Part shown: positions 26,211 to 36,307 of the stretch, piece after piece
Numbering within the stretch: the stretch's first letter is position 1
Layout of the letters: every line of letters begins with the position of its first letter
Virus record (IMG/VR): IMGVR_UViG_3300036520_000018
Span: 4,312-68,311 of that record
Length of the DNA: 64,000 bases
Source: a virus
Taxonomy: Duplodnaviria > Caudoviricetes
Direction: 5' to 3' (one strand)
Translations under genes and position numbers: made by a program
The notes under the pieces: model-generated
Database searches by the model: none
Seen by the model: only the letters and a program-made list of their open reading frames with translations
What the model was told of the DNA's origin: nothing

Positions 26211-28206
26211 GTGGGCCGATACCTACCGTGAACTGAGTTCTGAGTCCTCGTCCATGCCAGGACGGTGGCAGACCTCAAACGTGGAGGTTGCCCGCGGGCC
26301 GATGCTCGCTGTGACCGACCCGACCGTGCACACCGTGACGGTGATGTCGTCTACCCAGTTGATGAAGACCGAGTTGCTCAACAACACGGTTGGATTCCAC
26401 ATTCACCAAGACCCGGCTCCGATGCTGTTGATTCAGCCGACGGACAAGCTTGGCGAGTCCTGGTCCAAGGACCGCTTCGACAAGATGCGGCGCGACAGCG
26501 CGGTGATCCGCGAGAAGGTTCGCGATCCGCGTTCGCGCGACAGTACAACCACGCTGACGCATAAAGATTTTCCGGGCGGTCACCTGACGATTGTTGGTGC
26601 GAACAGCCCCGTCGACCTAGCCTCCCGCCCTATTCGTATCGTGCTTGCTGACGAGGTCGACAAGTATCCGGCAAGCGCCGGTGAAGAAGGCGACCCGCTC
26701 TCGCTGGCAGAGGAACGCACGGCGGTCTTTTGGAACCGCAAGATGGTGCGGGCATGCTCGCCAACTATCGCCGGCGCCTCGAAAATCGAGGCGGAGTACG
26801 AAAGCTCCGATCAACGTAAACCGTTCATGGCTTGCCCACACTGCGGGACCCATCAGGTTCTCGAGTGGGAGCGCGTAAAGTGGGACAAGACAGAGACTGG
26901 GCAGCACCTGCCAGAAACGGCGCGCTACCATTGCATTGAGTGCGAGGAGCCATGGGAGGAACGCGACCGCCAGCGACTGCTGAGGACGGAGAACTCCATC
27001 TCCTGGCGTCAGACAAAACCGTTCACGTGCTGCGAGGTTGAGCAAACACCTGCAGCCTGGGACTCTGAAGGTCGCTCGCTGTGCAACGTTTGTGGCTCGC
27101 TGTCACCGTTTGACGGTCATGCGGGCTTCTGGGGATCCAAGCTATACTCGCCTTGGGGCGGATTGGCTGACATCGCCAAGAAGTGGCTTGCTGCCACCCG
27201 CAAGAAGAACGTCAACTTGCTCAAGGTGTTCTACAATACCCAGCTTGGCTTGCCCTTCCAAGGTGAGCATGAGGCGCCGGAATGGCGCCAACTCTACGAG
27301 CGTCGCGATCGGTATGATCTCGGCACTGTGCCCAAAGGTGCAGTGTTCCTGACTGCTGGCATCGACGTGCAGCGCAATCGCGTTGAAATGCATGTGTGGG
27401 GTTGGGGCAGAGGCATGGAGTCCTGGCTTGTCGACGTCATCATTCTTGAGGGTGTGTCGGCTGACATCAACAACTCCATGTGGACCGAGCTTGAAGCCAA
27501 GATTGCGCAGACCTGGCCACATGAGGGTGGTAAGGATATGCCGCTCACCCGAGTAGCAATCGACACTGGTGACGGTCTGACCATGTCAGTCGTTTACGAG
27601 TGGGTGCGCCGCCAGGGCAGGGGTTTGGTCACTGCCATCAAGGGTGATCGCGAAAAGGTCAACGCCGTTTCACCGGTGGACGGCCCCAAGTGGATGGACG
27701 TAACCATCAAGGGCAAGAAGATCCGCAGGGGTCTCGCGCTCTATATGGTTTCTGGCCCAGTCTACAAGTCCGAGACCTATCGTTATCTGCGGCTGGAAAA
27801 GCCGACAGATGAGGACATTGCCGAGAACGGCGTGTGCTATCCGGATGGTTACATCCACATACCCCAAGGCGTTACGTCCGAGTGGGTAGAGCAGCTTGTT
27901 GCTGAGCAACTGGTCACAGAGAAGAAAAAGACCTCGGGCTTCACAACGCTGAGGTGGGTAAAGACCCGCGAGCGTAACGAAGCATTGGATTGCCGAGTGT
28001 ACGCCAGGGCCATGGCCAACCTAATCGGTGCAGACCGATGGGGGGATAAACAGTGGACCAAGCTTGAAATTCAAGCGGGAACCTACGGTGAGACCAAGCT
28101 CAAGCGGAAGGTCGAGGTGGAGCCAGCGGCCACCGAAACAGCACCCAAGCCTATAACCGAAAGCATCCGGCCACCAGTTCGCAGACGCGAGTCCAGTTGG
28201 CTCTGA
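26137..28206 (+). CDS. terL: Terminase large subunit (lambda gpA family)
   Basis: STQLMKTE, ADEVD, TAGIDVQ and NEALDCRVYA motifs. Confidence 0.96.
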   Translation: MTLRKRLKTVRLRALRPPPKLTLVEWADTYRELSSESSSMPGRWQTSNVEVARGPMLAVTDPTVHTVTVMSSTQLMKTELLNNTVGFHIHQDPAPMLLIQPTDKLGESWSKDRFDKMRRDSAVIREKVRDPRSRDSTTTLTHKDFPGGHLTIVGANSPVDLASRPIRIVLADEVDKYPASAGEEGDPLSLAEERTAVFWNRKMVRACSPTIAGASKIEAEYESSDQRKPFMACPHCGTHQVLEWERVKWDKTETGQHLPETARYHCIECEEPWEERDRQRLLRTENSISWRQTKPFTCCEVEQTPAAWDSEGRSLCNVCGSLSPFDGHAGFWGSKLYSPWGGLADIAKKWLAATRKKNVNLLKVFYNTQLGLPFQGEHEAPEWRQLYERRDRYDLGTVPKGAVFLTAGIDVQRNRVEMHVWGWGRGMESWLVDVIILEGVSADINNSMWTELEAKIAQTWPHEGGKDMPLTRVAIDTGDGLTMSVVYEWVRRQGRGLVTAIKGDREKVNAVSPVDGPKWMDVTIKGKKIRRGLALYMVSGPVYKSETYRYLRLEKPTDEDIAENGVCYPDGYIHIPQGVTSEWVEQLVAEQLVTEKKKTSGFTTLRWVKTRERNEALDCRVYARAMANLIGADRWGDKQWTKLEIQAGTYGETKLKRKVEVEPAATETAPKPITESIRPPVRRRESSWL

Positions 28207-28218
28207 AAGGAATGAACG

Positions 28219-28410
28219 ATGGCGACTATCGACGATCAGATTGCCGCCATCGAAGAAGCCGTGGCCACCGGTGCCAAGCGCGTCGTTTTTACTTCTGGCG
28301 GCACGCGCCGCGAGGTCGAGTACGATTCACTTAAGATGATGCTGGACGCTCTGGAGCGTCTTAAGGCGCAGAAGTCACCACGTCGGCGCATCACCCTGGC
28401 GTCGCTTTAG
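28219..28410 (+). CDS. gpW-like head-tail joining protein
   Basis: AIEEAVATGAKRV...REVEY; between terminase and portal. Confidence 0.8.
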   Translation: MATIDDQIAAIEEAVATGAKRVVFTSGGTRREVEYDSLKMMLDALERLKAQKSPRRRITLASL

Positions 28411-28419
28411 GGAGCCGGC

Positions 28420-29940
28420 ATGAAACCCAACATTATTGACCGGGCGGTCGCATGGATCGCGCCGGCAGCTGGCGTTCGCCGATTGCGGCAACGAGCGGCC
28501 ATGGACGTGCTTCAGCGCGGGTATGACGGTGCCGCTCAGGGTAGGAACACCGGCTCTTGGAACTCGCGCGCCACATCGGCTGATGCTGAGGTCGGCGCCA
28601 ATGCCGCATTGCTGCGTGATCGCATGCGGGACTTGGTGCGAAACAATCCGCACGCCGCCAATGCCTTGTCCGTGCTGGTGGAGAGCGCGATCGGCAATGG
28701 CATTGTGCCGCGTGCCAAAGACCCCAAGATCAACAGACTGTTCAAGGAATGGGTGCGCAAGTGCGACGCCGATGGGCAGTTGGATTTTTACGGAATCCAG
28801 GCGCTCGCGGCGCGCGGCATGTTTGAATCTGGCGACGGCATCATCCGCAGACGCCGGCGCACACGGGCAGATAAGTTGCCAGTGCCCCTGCAATTGCAGG
28901 TGCTCGAAACCGACATGCTGGACAACACCAAGGACGGTGTGCAGTCCAACGGCCGGGTAGCTATTCAGGGCGTTGAGTTCGACGCGCTGGGCAAGCGTAC
29001 CGGTTACTGGATGTATCCGACACATCCCGGCAACAGCCACCTCGACCTTAAGAATGCTTGGCAGTCGACGTTCATTCCGGCGGCTGACATCGCCCATGTT
29101 TACGAGAAGCAGCGGACGCAGGTTCGCGGCGTTCCATGGGGTACCCCGGCGATCAGCACGATCTACGACCTCGGGTCGTATGAAGCGGCCGAACTTATGC
29201 GCAAGCGCATTGAAGCTTGCCTAGTCGGAGTGGTGGTCGGCGGCGACGAGGATGGCCTTGGCCTTGACATCCCGACGGACGGCAAGCCTGGCGTCTATGA
29301 CGGCACCGGTGCGATCGTCGAGAAGTTCGAAGCTGGCATGTTCCTGCACGCGCAGGGCGGCAAGGACATCAAATTCAACCAGCCGGCAGCAACCGGCGGA
29401 TACGATGCGTGGAAGAACTCAAACCTCCACACGATTGCCGCCGGTTTCCGCGTTCCGCACTTTCTGCTCACGCAGAGGCTCGATGGAGTGAACTACTCCT
29501 CTAGCAAGGTGGGGCTGGAATATTTCAACCGCACGATCGCTGCGCTGCAATGGCGTGTGATCATCCCAATGCTTTGCCAGCCCTTGTGGGACTGGTTCAT
29601 CGAAGCGGCTTACCTGGACGGAAAGATCAAAACCATGGACGTGCCAGTCGAATGGTGCCCGCCGCGGTTCTACTCCGCCGATCCCAAGAAGGACGCCGAA
29701 GCCGTTAAGGCTGAAGTTCGCGCTGGCACAAAGACGCTCGCCGAAGCAATCGCCGAGACCGGACGCGATCCGGATGAGGTGCTGCTTGAGCACGCCGAAA
29801 TGAACGAGAAGCTCGACGATTTAGGTCTCGTCTTCGACAGCGACCCTCGAAAAATGTCTGGCAACGGGCAAGTGCAACAGATCGGCGGCTCCCCTGATGG
29901 GGACGCCGATGAGCCGCCTGACAAGGAAGAAGCAGCATGA
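28420..29940 (+). CDS. Portal protein (lambda family)
   Basis: RMRDLVRNNPHA, QVRGVPW, VNYSS and DPKKD motifs. Confidence 0.95.
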   Translation: MKPNIIDRAVAWIAPAAGVRRLRQRAAMDVLQRGYDGAAQGRNTGSWNSRATSADAEVGANAALLRDRMRDLVRNNPHAANALSVLVESAIGNGIVPRAKDPKINRLFKEWVRKCDADGQLDFYGIQALAARGMFESGDGIIRRRRRTRADKLPVPLQLQVLETDMLDNTKDGVQSNGRVAIQGVEFDALGKRTGYWMYPTHPGNSHLDLKNAWQSTFIPAADIAHVYEKQRTQVRGVPWGTPAISTIYDLGSYEAAELMRKRIEACLVGVVVGGDEDGLGLDIPTDGKPGVYDGTGAIVEKFEAGMFLHAQGGKDIKFNQPAATGGYDAWKNSNLHTIAAGFRVPHFLLTQRLDGVNYSSSKVGLEYFNRTIAALQWRVIIPMLCQPLWDWFIEAAYLDGKIKTMDVPVEWCPPRFYSADPKKDAEAVKAEVRAGTKTLAEAIAETGRDPDEVLLEHAEMNEKLDDLGLVFDSDPRKMSGNGQVQQIGGSPDGDADEPPDKEEAA

Positions 29941-31982
29941 CCACGGAAACTATCAAGCTGCCGCGATCGTGGCAGCCCGGCGAGGTTCGCTCTGCCTCGT
30001 TCAATTCGGAGGACAACAGCGTCGAGGTCATCTGGACCACTGGCGCTCCGGTTCGCCGCTACTCCTGGCGCGATGAGTCCTATTACACCGAAGTGCTGGA
30101 CGTTACGCCAGAGGCCGTCGACCTCGGTAGGCTGAACAGCGGCGCACCGCTCCTGAACTCCCACCAGAGCTATTCTCTGGAGTCGGTTATTGGCACCGTG
30201 GTGCCAGGCTCTGCCCGCATCGAGGATGGCAAGGGCTTTGCGCGAGTTAAGCTTTCCAACTCTCCGGAAGACGCAAGTATTGCCGGCAAGATCCGCGACG
30301 GGATCATCCGGAATATCTCCGTTGGCTACGCCATTCGGGAGATCGTGAAGACCGTCAGCGATGACGGAAGCGACCAGGAATGGCGAGCAACGAAGTGGGA
30401 GCCGTTTGAGCTTTCCGCGGTGCCCATCCCGGCCGACGCCGGCGCGCAGATTCGCGCAGCCGCAGACGACGGCGCCGAGTGCGTCGTGATCGACAAGCGC
30501 GCTGCGCCGGTCGATCCCTCAACCCCAACACAGGAGCCCGCAGTGGCCACCGAAAATACTGCTGCGGACGAACTCCGCAATACCGATCCCATCGTGAACA
30601 AGGATGCCCCGCTCGTGGAAACTCGCGCAAACGAAGTCGACCCCGCAGTTGCCACTCGCGCTGCACAGGAAGCAGTGGCCGCCGAGCGCGCTCGCGCCGC
30701 TGACATCAGCGCCTTGGCTGAGCAGTTCGGCGAACGCGCTTTTGCCCGGACTTTCCTGAACGAAGGCAAGTCGGTCGAAGAGTTCCGCTCCGCTCTCCTG
30801 ACGCACCTTGCTGCCAAGGAACCCAAGACCGACGGTAATGTCCGCGCTTCTGTTGGCACTGAACACGCCGAAAAGCGTGGCGCCGTGATCGAAGCAGTGT
30901 TGCTTCACCGTGTCGACCCCGCAGCTAACCCGCTGCCAGAAGGTGCAGGTGAGTTCCGCGGTATGTCCCTGACGGACTTGGCCAAGGAATCGCTCGAAGC
31001 TGTTGGCGTTAGCACTCGTGGCATGAACAAACTGGACATCGCCGCTGAAGCACTTACCCCTCGCGCCGGTGGCCTTCACACCACGGCTGACTTCACGGTC
31101 ATCCTCGGCAACACCGTTGCCCGCACGCTCCGCGCCGCTTACGAAGCTGCTCCGCAGACGTTCCGCCCTCTAGTTCGCGAAACCACTGTTTCGGACTTCA
31201 AGACCGTGACTCGCGCCCAACTGGGTGAAGCACCGCAGCTCGAGAAGGTCAACGAGGCTGGTGAGTTCAAGCGCGGCACCATCGGTGAAGGCAAGGAAAG
31301 CTATAAGGTCACCACGTTCGGTAAGATCGTCGGCATTACCCGACAGGCACTTATCAACGACGACCTTGGTGCTTTCTCCCGCCTTGCACAGATGTTCGGC
31401 GTTCAGGCTGCGCAGCTTGAATCCGATCTGGTCTGGGCAGAAATCCTGAGCAATCCGAACATGGGTGACGGCAAGGCTCTGTTCCACGCCGACCACAAGA
31501 ACCTCGCTGCCGCCGCGGCATTTGGTGAAGCCCCGCTCAGCCTCATGCGCGCCGCGATGTCGAAGCAGGTTGGTATCGACGGCAAGACTGTGCTGAACAT
31601 TCGCCCGTCGTATCTGCTCGTACCGGTCGATCTGGAAAATGCCGCCGAAAAGCTGCTGACTGCGATCACCCCGAACCAGACGTCGAGCGTTGTCGCTGCC
31701 TCAATCCGCAGCCTGACCCCGATTTCCGAGCCACGCATCGACAACGGCCTGAAGCATCCCGTCACCGGTGCGGCGATTGCTGGTAGCTCGACCGCGTTCT
31801 ACCTGGCGGCCGCACCCGGCCAAACTGATACTGTCGAGCTCGCGTACCTTGAAGGCAACCGCGGCGTCTACACGGAGTCCAAGATGGGCTTCAACACTGA
31901 CGGTGTTGAGATCAAGGTCCGCATGGATGCTGGTGCCAAGGTCATTGACTGGCGCGCGTTCCAGAAGAACGCCGGTCAGTAA
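29937..31982 (+). CDS. Prohead protease-major capsid protein fusion
   Basis: PLLNSH...ISVGY...ELSAVPIPAD protease domain; HTTADF, VSDFK and INDDLGAF capsid motifs. Confidence 0.92.
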   Translation: MTTETIKLPRSWQPGEVRSASFNSEDNSVEVIWTTGAPVRRYSWRDESYYTEVLDVTPEAVDLGRLNSGAPLLNSHQSYSLESVIGTVVPGSARIEDGKGFARVKLSNSPEDASIAGKIRDGIIRNISVGYAIREIVKTVSDDGSDQEWRATKWEPFELSAVPIPADAGAQIRAAADDGAECVVIDKRAAPVDPSTPTQEPAVATENTAADELRNTDPIVNKDAPLVETRANEVDPAVATRAAQEAVAAERARAADISALAEQFGERAFARTFLNEGKSVEEFRSALLTHLAAKEPKTDGNVRASVGTEHAEKRGAVIEAVLLHRVDPAANPLPEGAGEFRGMSLTDLAKESLEAVGVSTRGMNKLDIAAEALTPRAGGLHTTADFTVILGNTVARTLRAAYEAAPQTFRPLVRETTVSDFKTVTRAQLGEAPQLEKVNEAGEFKRGTIGEGKESYKVTTFGKIVGITRQALINDDLGAFSRLAQMFGVQAAQLESDLVWAEILSNPNMGDGKALFHADHKNLAAAAAFGEAPLSLMRAAMSKQVGIDGKTVLNIRPSYLLVPVDLENAAEKLLTAITPNQTSSVVAASIRSLTPISEPRIDNGLKHPVTGAAIAGSSTAFYLAAAPGQTDTVELAYLEGNRGVYTESKMGFNTDGVEIKVRMDAGAKVIDWRAFQKNAGQ

Positions 31983-32037
31983 GGGCTAACGGGCGGCCTA
32001 GTGCCGCCCACTTCCATCAAATTCAAGGAGGCCCTTC

Positions 32038-32364
32038 ATGGCCAAGAATTTCATCCAGCCGGGTGCAACTGTCACCGTGCTGGCTCCCTACGACGTTGCA
32101 TCCGGTGCCGGCGCACTTGTTGGCAAGCTGTTTGGCGTTGCTCAGACGGCAGCCACCTCTGGCGCCGAAGTTGAGATCAAGACCGACGGCGTCTGGGAAC
32201 TCCCCAAGACTTCCGCCCAAGCTTGGACCGTCGGCGCGGACATCTATTGGGATGACGCTGCTAAGGTCGCGACCACGACCACTACCAGCAACACGCTGAT
32301 CGGCAAGGCGCTCGCTGTTGCAGCCAATCCTTCCGCGACCGGCATTGTTCGTTTGAACGGCTAA
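32038..32364 (+). CDS. DUF2190 capsid cement/decoration protein
   Basis: MAKNFIQPG...GVWELPK. Confidence 0.88.
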   Translation: MAKNFIQPGATVTVLAPYDVASGAGALVGKLFGVAQTAATSGAEVEIKTDGVWELPKTSAQAWTVGADIYWDDAAKVATTTTTSNTLIGKALAVAANPSATGIVRLNG

Positions 32365-32379
32365 CTCAGGACAGCAAGC

Positions 32380-32751
32380 ATGGACTGGCTCGCACTGGAG
32401 CGCAAAGTCGACCGCGTGGTGGGCAATGCCTTCGGCGAGTCGGTTCGGCTGTCTTTTCTCAAGAATGGCACGGTGGACCCGTCAAGGTCCGCCGTCGACA
32501 TCGTCGCACAACTCCATGTTGGCGGCGATAACTCTGCAAGTCTGGAAGGCGGCCGCGGTGATGGCTACCGCTCGCGCCTGGCCGCGGGCATGGGTGAACT
32601 GTTTCTGGATCGCTCCCGCTATACCGGCCCCATGCCAAGGGCAGGGGACAAGGTTCGCGCCAATGCGCGTGCCGGCCAGCCATGGTTTGAAGTCAGCATG
32701 GTGGGCGACCACGACACCAACATCATCGTGGTGTCTTTGACCCGGGGGTAA
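32380..32751 (+). CDS. Head-tail joining protein
   Basis: Position after the capsid genes; size and beta-rich composition. Confidence 0.65.
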   Translation: MDWLALERKVDRVVGNAFGESVRLSFLKNGTVDPSRSAVDIVAQLHVGGDNSASLEGGRGDGYRSRLAAGMGELFLDRSRYTGPMPRAGDKVRANARAGQPWFEVSMVGDHDTNIIVVSLTRG

Positions 32752-32755
32752 GACT

Positions 32756-33523
32756 ATGTCCTTGATCCGCATCGCCGCGCGCATTGCCGCAGTTGAAGCG
32801 CTCAAGGGCAAGACCCTAGTCGGCGACAATGTCCTGGACAGCGAGATCGGCGCCATTGATGTGGATTCGTCCGGCGCGATGCGCACCGATGAGGACCGCC
32901 CGTTCATCGCGGTCTACACCGACGCAGCGAACACAGAAGGCGCGACACTCCGCAGCCTCAGTGTGAACGGCGTCACAGACTTTCTTTTCGAGACCGGCAT
33001 CACGGCGGCGATGACCGAGCGGAATGAGGAGACGGGCGAGACCACGCTTCTTGGCGTTGGTATCCCAGCCACCGATGCCGCATTTGAATTTCAGACGGAC
33101 ATGGTTGTGCGCCAGATCGGCGACGCCCTGACCGACCCCAACAATGAATGGTCGGACATATTCCGCGCGCTTGCTGGCAAGTTCGTCAGCATCAAGCGCG
33201 CCCGCACGAGCGGCGACTCTTCCGGTGTTCGCTTGGCTGGCCAGCAACTGGCTATCCGCTCGGAACTGTTCAACGAGCCGGTGCAGGGTGCCCCTTTAGC
33301 AGCGACGCACCCATTGGCTCGCTTTTTCACCAAGGCTGCTGAACTCGACAGTCCAGTTGTGACCACACAGGTCACGTTGATGCAGGCGCAGCTTGCCGGC
33401 AATGCCACGGACTTCAAGATCATGCAGCAACGCTTCGGCCGTACTGGCGCGGAGGCTGCCGCATCGGGACTGGAAGTGGTCGGTTCGCCGATCACCACGC
33501 CGGAACTGCCGGAGGCGCCATGA
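32756..33523 (+). CDS. Tail completion/terminator-like protein
   Basis: Position between the head-tail joiner and gpV. Confidence 0.55.
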   Translation: MSLIRIAARIAAVEALKGKTLVGDNVLDSEIGAIDVDSSGAMRTDEDRPFIAVYTDAANTEGATLRSLSVNGVTDFLFETGITAAMTERNEETGETTLLGVGIPATDAAFEFQTDMVVRQIGDALTDPNNEWSDIFRALAGKFVSIKRARTSGDSSGVRLAGQQLAIRSELFNEPVQGAPLAATHPLARFFTKAAELDSPVVTTQVTLMQAQLAGNATDFKIMQQRFGRTGAEAAASGLEVVGSPITTPELPEAP

Positions 33524-34053
33524 CCATTCCGGGCGATCTGGCTGGCCAGATAACCTATCTATTTGAGCGCATCGGCGAAATCGAGCGGCGCGATCGCAAT
33601 CGCAAGCGCACCGGGCGCATCGCTGACTTGGATCTTGCGAAAGGCTTGGCCCGGGTCGAGTTCCAAGAGGCGGACGGCAAGCCCTATAAGGGGCCATGGA
33701 TGCCATGGAAAGAAGTCGCAGCGGGCGGCATCAAGAGCCATATTCCCCCAACGGTGGGCGAGCAGGTTGATGTGACCTCAGAAAATGGCGATATGACGGA
33801 CGGCATCATCGATATGTCGACGCCGTCCAACGAGAACCCCCGCCCGCATGACGGGCCGGAGGCGGTGATCACGCACGGCGGCAGTCGGCTTGTTATCGGC
33901 GACGGCGTGGTCACGATCACCGCGGACGTCGAGATCAACGGCGCGCTGCGCATCTCTGGTGACGAAGTTACGCACAACGGCACCAACATCGGCGACACGC
34001 ACGTCCACGGCGGCGTCATGGCCGGCGGATCAGACACAGAAACACCCCACTAA
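33520..34053 (+). CDS. Baseplate spike gpV
   Basis: W.PW.E..AG...HIPPTVGEQV; C-terminal HNG.NIG.THVHGGV. Confidence 0.92.
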   Translation: MTIPGDLAGQITYLFERIGEIERRDRNRKRTGRIADLDLAKGLARVEFQEADGKPYKGPWMPWKEVAAGGIKSHIPPTVGEQVDVTSENGDMTDGIIDMSTPSNENPRPHDGPEAVITHGGSRLVIGDGVVTITADVEINGALRISGDEVTHNGTNIGDTHVHGGVMAGGSDTETPH

Positions 34054-34064
34054 ACGGAGCCAGC

Positions 34065-34226
34065 ATGGCCAACTATAAAGCAACTCGCGACGGCTTCATC
34101 GTCGGCAAGCACTACAAGAAGGGCGATGCGGTTCCTCTGACCGCAAACCAGGCCAAGTACCTTTCAGCGCCCTATGGCAACGACGTGGTGCTGGATAAAC
34201 CCAAGCCAGCCGATAAGGCGAAGTAA
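34065..34226 (+). CDS. Small hypothetical protein (53 aa)
   Basis: GGAG RBS; MANYKATRDGFIVGKHY... Confidence 0.65.
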   Translation: MANYKATRDGFIVGKHYKKGDAVPLTANQAKYLSAPYGNDVVLDKPKPADKAK

Positions 34227-34595
34227 ATGCCCGGCGTCGGCATCAATGAGACGACCGGCGCCCCGCTTGATGGCTGGCCGCATGTGCTGCAGTCGATCCG
34301 CAAGATACTAACCACGTCGATCGGCACGCGAGTCATGCGCCGCGAGTTCGGCTCGGAGGTCATGTCGCTAATCGATGCTCCCATGGAGGGCCGCGTTCTG
34401 CTGGCCGTCTATGTGGCTGTGGCGAATGCTATTGCACGCTGGGAGCCGCGTTTCAGGCTGTCAGAAGTGCAGGTTGATAGCGCGGCAGCAAGCGGCACGC
34501 TGAGTATCAGCCTCTATGGCACCTATTACCCCCGCGGGCATCTCGGGGATTTCACAAGTTCAGATGAGCGACAGGCCAATGTGCTGATCGCATAG
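34227..34595 (+). CDS. Baseplate wedge gpW/gp25
   Basis: QSIRKILTTSIGTRVMRREFGS...WEPRF. Confidence 0.93.
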   Translation: MPGVGINETTGAPLDGWPHVLQSIRKILTTSIGTRVMRREFGSEVMSLIDAPMEGRVLLAVYVAVANAIARWEPRFRLSEVQVDSAAASGTLSISLYGTYYPRGHLGDFTSSDERQANVLIA

Positions 34596-34613
34596 TTTTC
34601 CGGAGCAGATTAA

Positions 34614-35597
34614 ATGAGCTTCCGTTTCGCTGCTCCTCCGCTACTAAACCTTGGGTCTCCCCCCGATCTCGCCTCGGTTAATTATGAGGTCCAACTGGCC
34701 GCAGCTAAGGCGCTTCTGGTGCAAGGTATAACGGCTCGCGGCGGAACATTCGATACTGACGTACTAGAGTCTGAGCCTGCGGTCATTCTGACCGAGGATG
34801 CAGTGTATCGAGATGGACTTCGTCGGCGTGAAATCGATGATGCGGTTGCACAGACCTATCTAAGCTCTGCATCTGGAGAGCATCTGGATGCGCGTGCGGC
34901 GGATTATGGTGTGGTGCGGCGGGTTGTTCAGTTCGCCAATCCGCTCACGAACACGCCAGAGATCCTCGAAGATGACGACAGCTTGCGGTTGCGAGCGCAT
35001 CTGGCTTGGGAAGCATTGTCGGTGGCTGGTCCAAGTGGAGCCTACGTTTTCCATGCGCTGGATGCTCATCCAAGCCTTCTCGATGCTGTCGCTTATGGTC
35101 CTGAGAGCGGCTTTGTCGCTCCAGGGGAGGTCCTGGTCGTGCTGCAGGCTCGGGGTGGCAATTCCATCGCCACTGATGGCATGGTAGATGCTGTCGCTGC
35201 TCGACTAGACGCCATCGAGGTCGTGTACGCTAACGGTTCTAGCCAGTTAGTGGCGGGTCGTAATGACCAGTCAGTGCGACCACTAGGTGCCAGAGTAACG
35301 GTGATGGCAGGTCAACCGCTGATCTACAATACGACGGCAACCCTCTACGTAGAGGGGTCTGTCGACAGAGAAGGCGTCAGGACAGCCGCCTTGGAGCGCT
35401 TGGAAGCGTATCAGGCAAGCCGTCGGCGCATCGGCGCTCGTGTCCCAGCATCAGGTCGGGAAGCTGCGCTCACCCTCATGGATCTGGACGGATTGGCTGC
35501 TGTCGAGGATGTTGATGTGGTGGAAGGAGATATCATTCCGAACCACACCCAAATTCCGATACCTGGCGACAATCTCATAAGTGTGGTGGTGCGGTAA
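34614..35597 (+). CDS. Baseplate protein gpJ
   Basis: EDDDSLRLR...EALSVAGPSGAYVFHA. Confidence 0.9.
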   Translation: MSFRFAAPPLLNLGSPPDLASVNYEVQLAAAKALLVQGITARGGTFDTDVLESEPAVILTEDAVYRDGLRRREIDDAVAQTYLSSASGEHLDARAADYGVVRRVVQFANPLTNTPEILEDDDSLRLRAHLAWEALSVAGPSGAYVFHALDAHPSLLDAVAYGPESGFVAPGEVLVVLQARGGNSIATDGMVDAVAARLDAIEVVYANGSSQLVAGRNDQSVRPLGARVTVMAGQPLIYNTTATLYVEGSVDREGVRTAALERLEAYQASRRRIGARVPASGREAALTLMDLDGLAAVEDVDVVEGDIIPNHTQIPIPGDNLISVVVR

Positions 35598-36298
35598 TGT
35601 CGGATGGTCTGATGGTGCTGACGTATCCGCCGCTCTGGTGGCAGACCAGCTTCGACCCTGCATGGACCGTGTCGCTGCTACCGCCCAGCAACAGCACGCC
35701 TTGGGAGCTCGCGGTCGAAGCGGTGGATGCCGATCTTGTGGCGCGTGATCCCACCGATCTTGTTACCATATCCCGATCACCCGTACACGTGCCGAGCCAG
35801 TGGCTCAGGTATTTGGCCGCAGAACGCTCCGTCGATGAGTTCTCGTCAAGTTGGAGCGATCAGCGACAGCGACAAGTGGTGGCCGGAAGCTTCCAGTTGC
35901 ATCGCTCCAAAGGCACTCGGCCGGCGTTGGACAGAGCCCTGGCACCTCTTGGCTATCGACCCACTGTTACGGAATGGTTCGAGGTCAGTTCGTATCGGCG
36001 GCCTTACACGTTCCGCATCATTGTAGACATCGATGACGATCAGGAATGGATTGGCGGGCGTGAGGAGTTTATCCGCGTTGCCAACCACGCCAAGAACGCG
36101 CACACCATGCTGGAGGTGCTGGAGCTCCGGCGCCGCACTACGCCAGCCGCAGTCTATATCGGCGGCCTTACCCGCCGAAGCCGCACAATCCGGGTAGGTC
36201 AACTCCCCAAAGTTGAGACCATCCACTTGCCGTCGATTCTTTATGTCGGCGTCGCTCAAACTCGCCGCCGCACGCTGCGCATCGGCCCTCGCCCTTAA
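35597..36298 (+). CDS. Tail protein gpI
   Basis: LLPPSNST.WE, HRSKGT..AL, EWFE and PYTF motifs. Confidence 0.88.
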   Translation: MSDGLMVLTYPPLWWQTSFDPAWTVSLLPPSNSTPWELAVEAVDADLVARDPTDLVTISRSPVHVPSQWLRYLAAERSVDEFSSSWSDQRQRQVVAGSFQLHRSKGTRPALDRALAPLGYRPTVTEWFEVSSYRRPYTFRIIVDIDDDQEWIGGREEFIRVANHAKNAHTMLEVLELRRRTTPAAVYIGGLTRRSRTIRVGQLPKVETIHLPSILYVGVAQTRRRTLRIGPRP

Positions 36299-36307
36299 GG
36301 AACACAC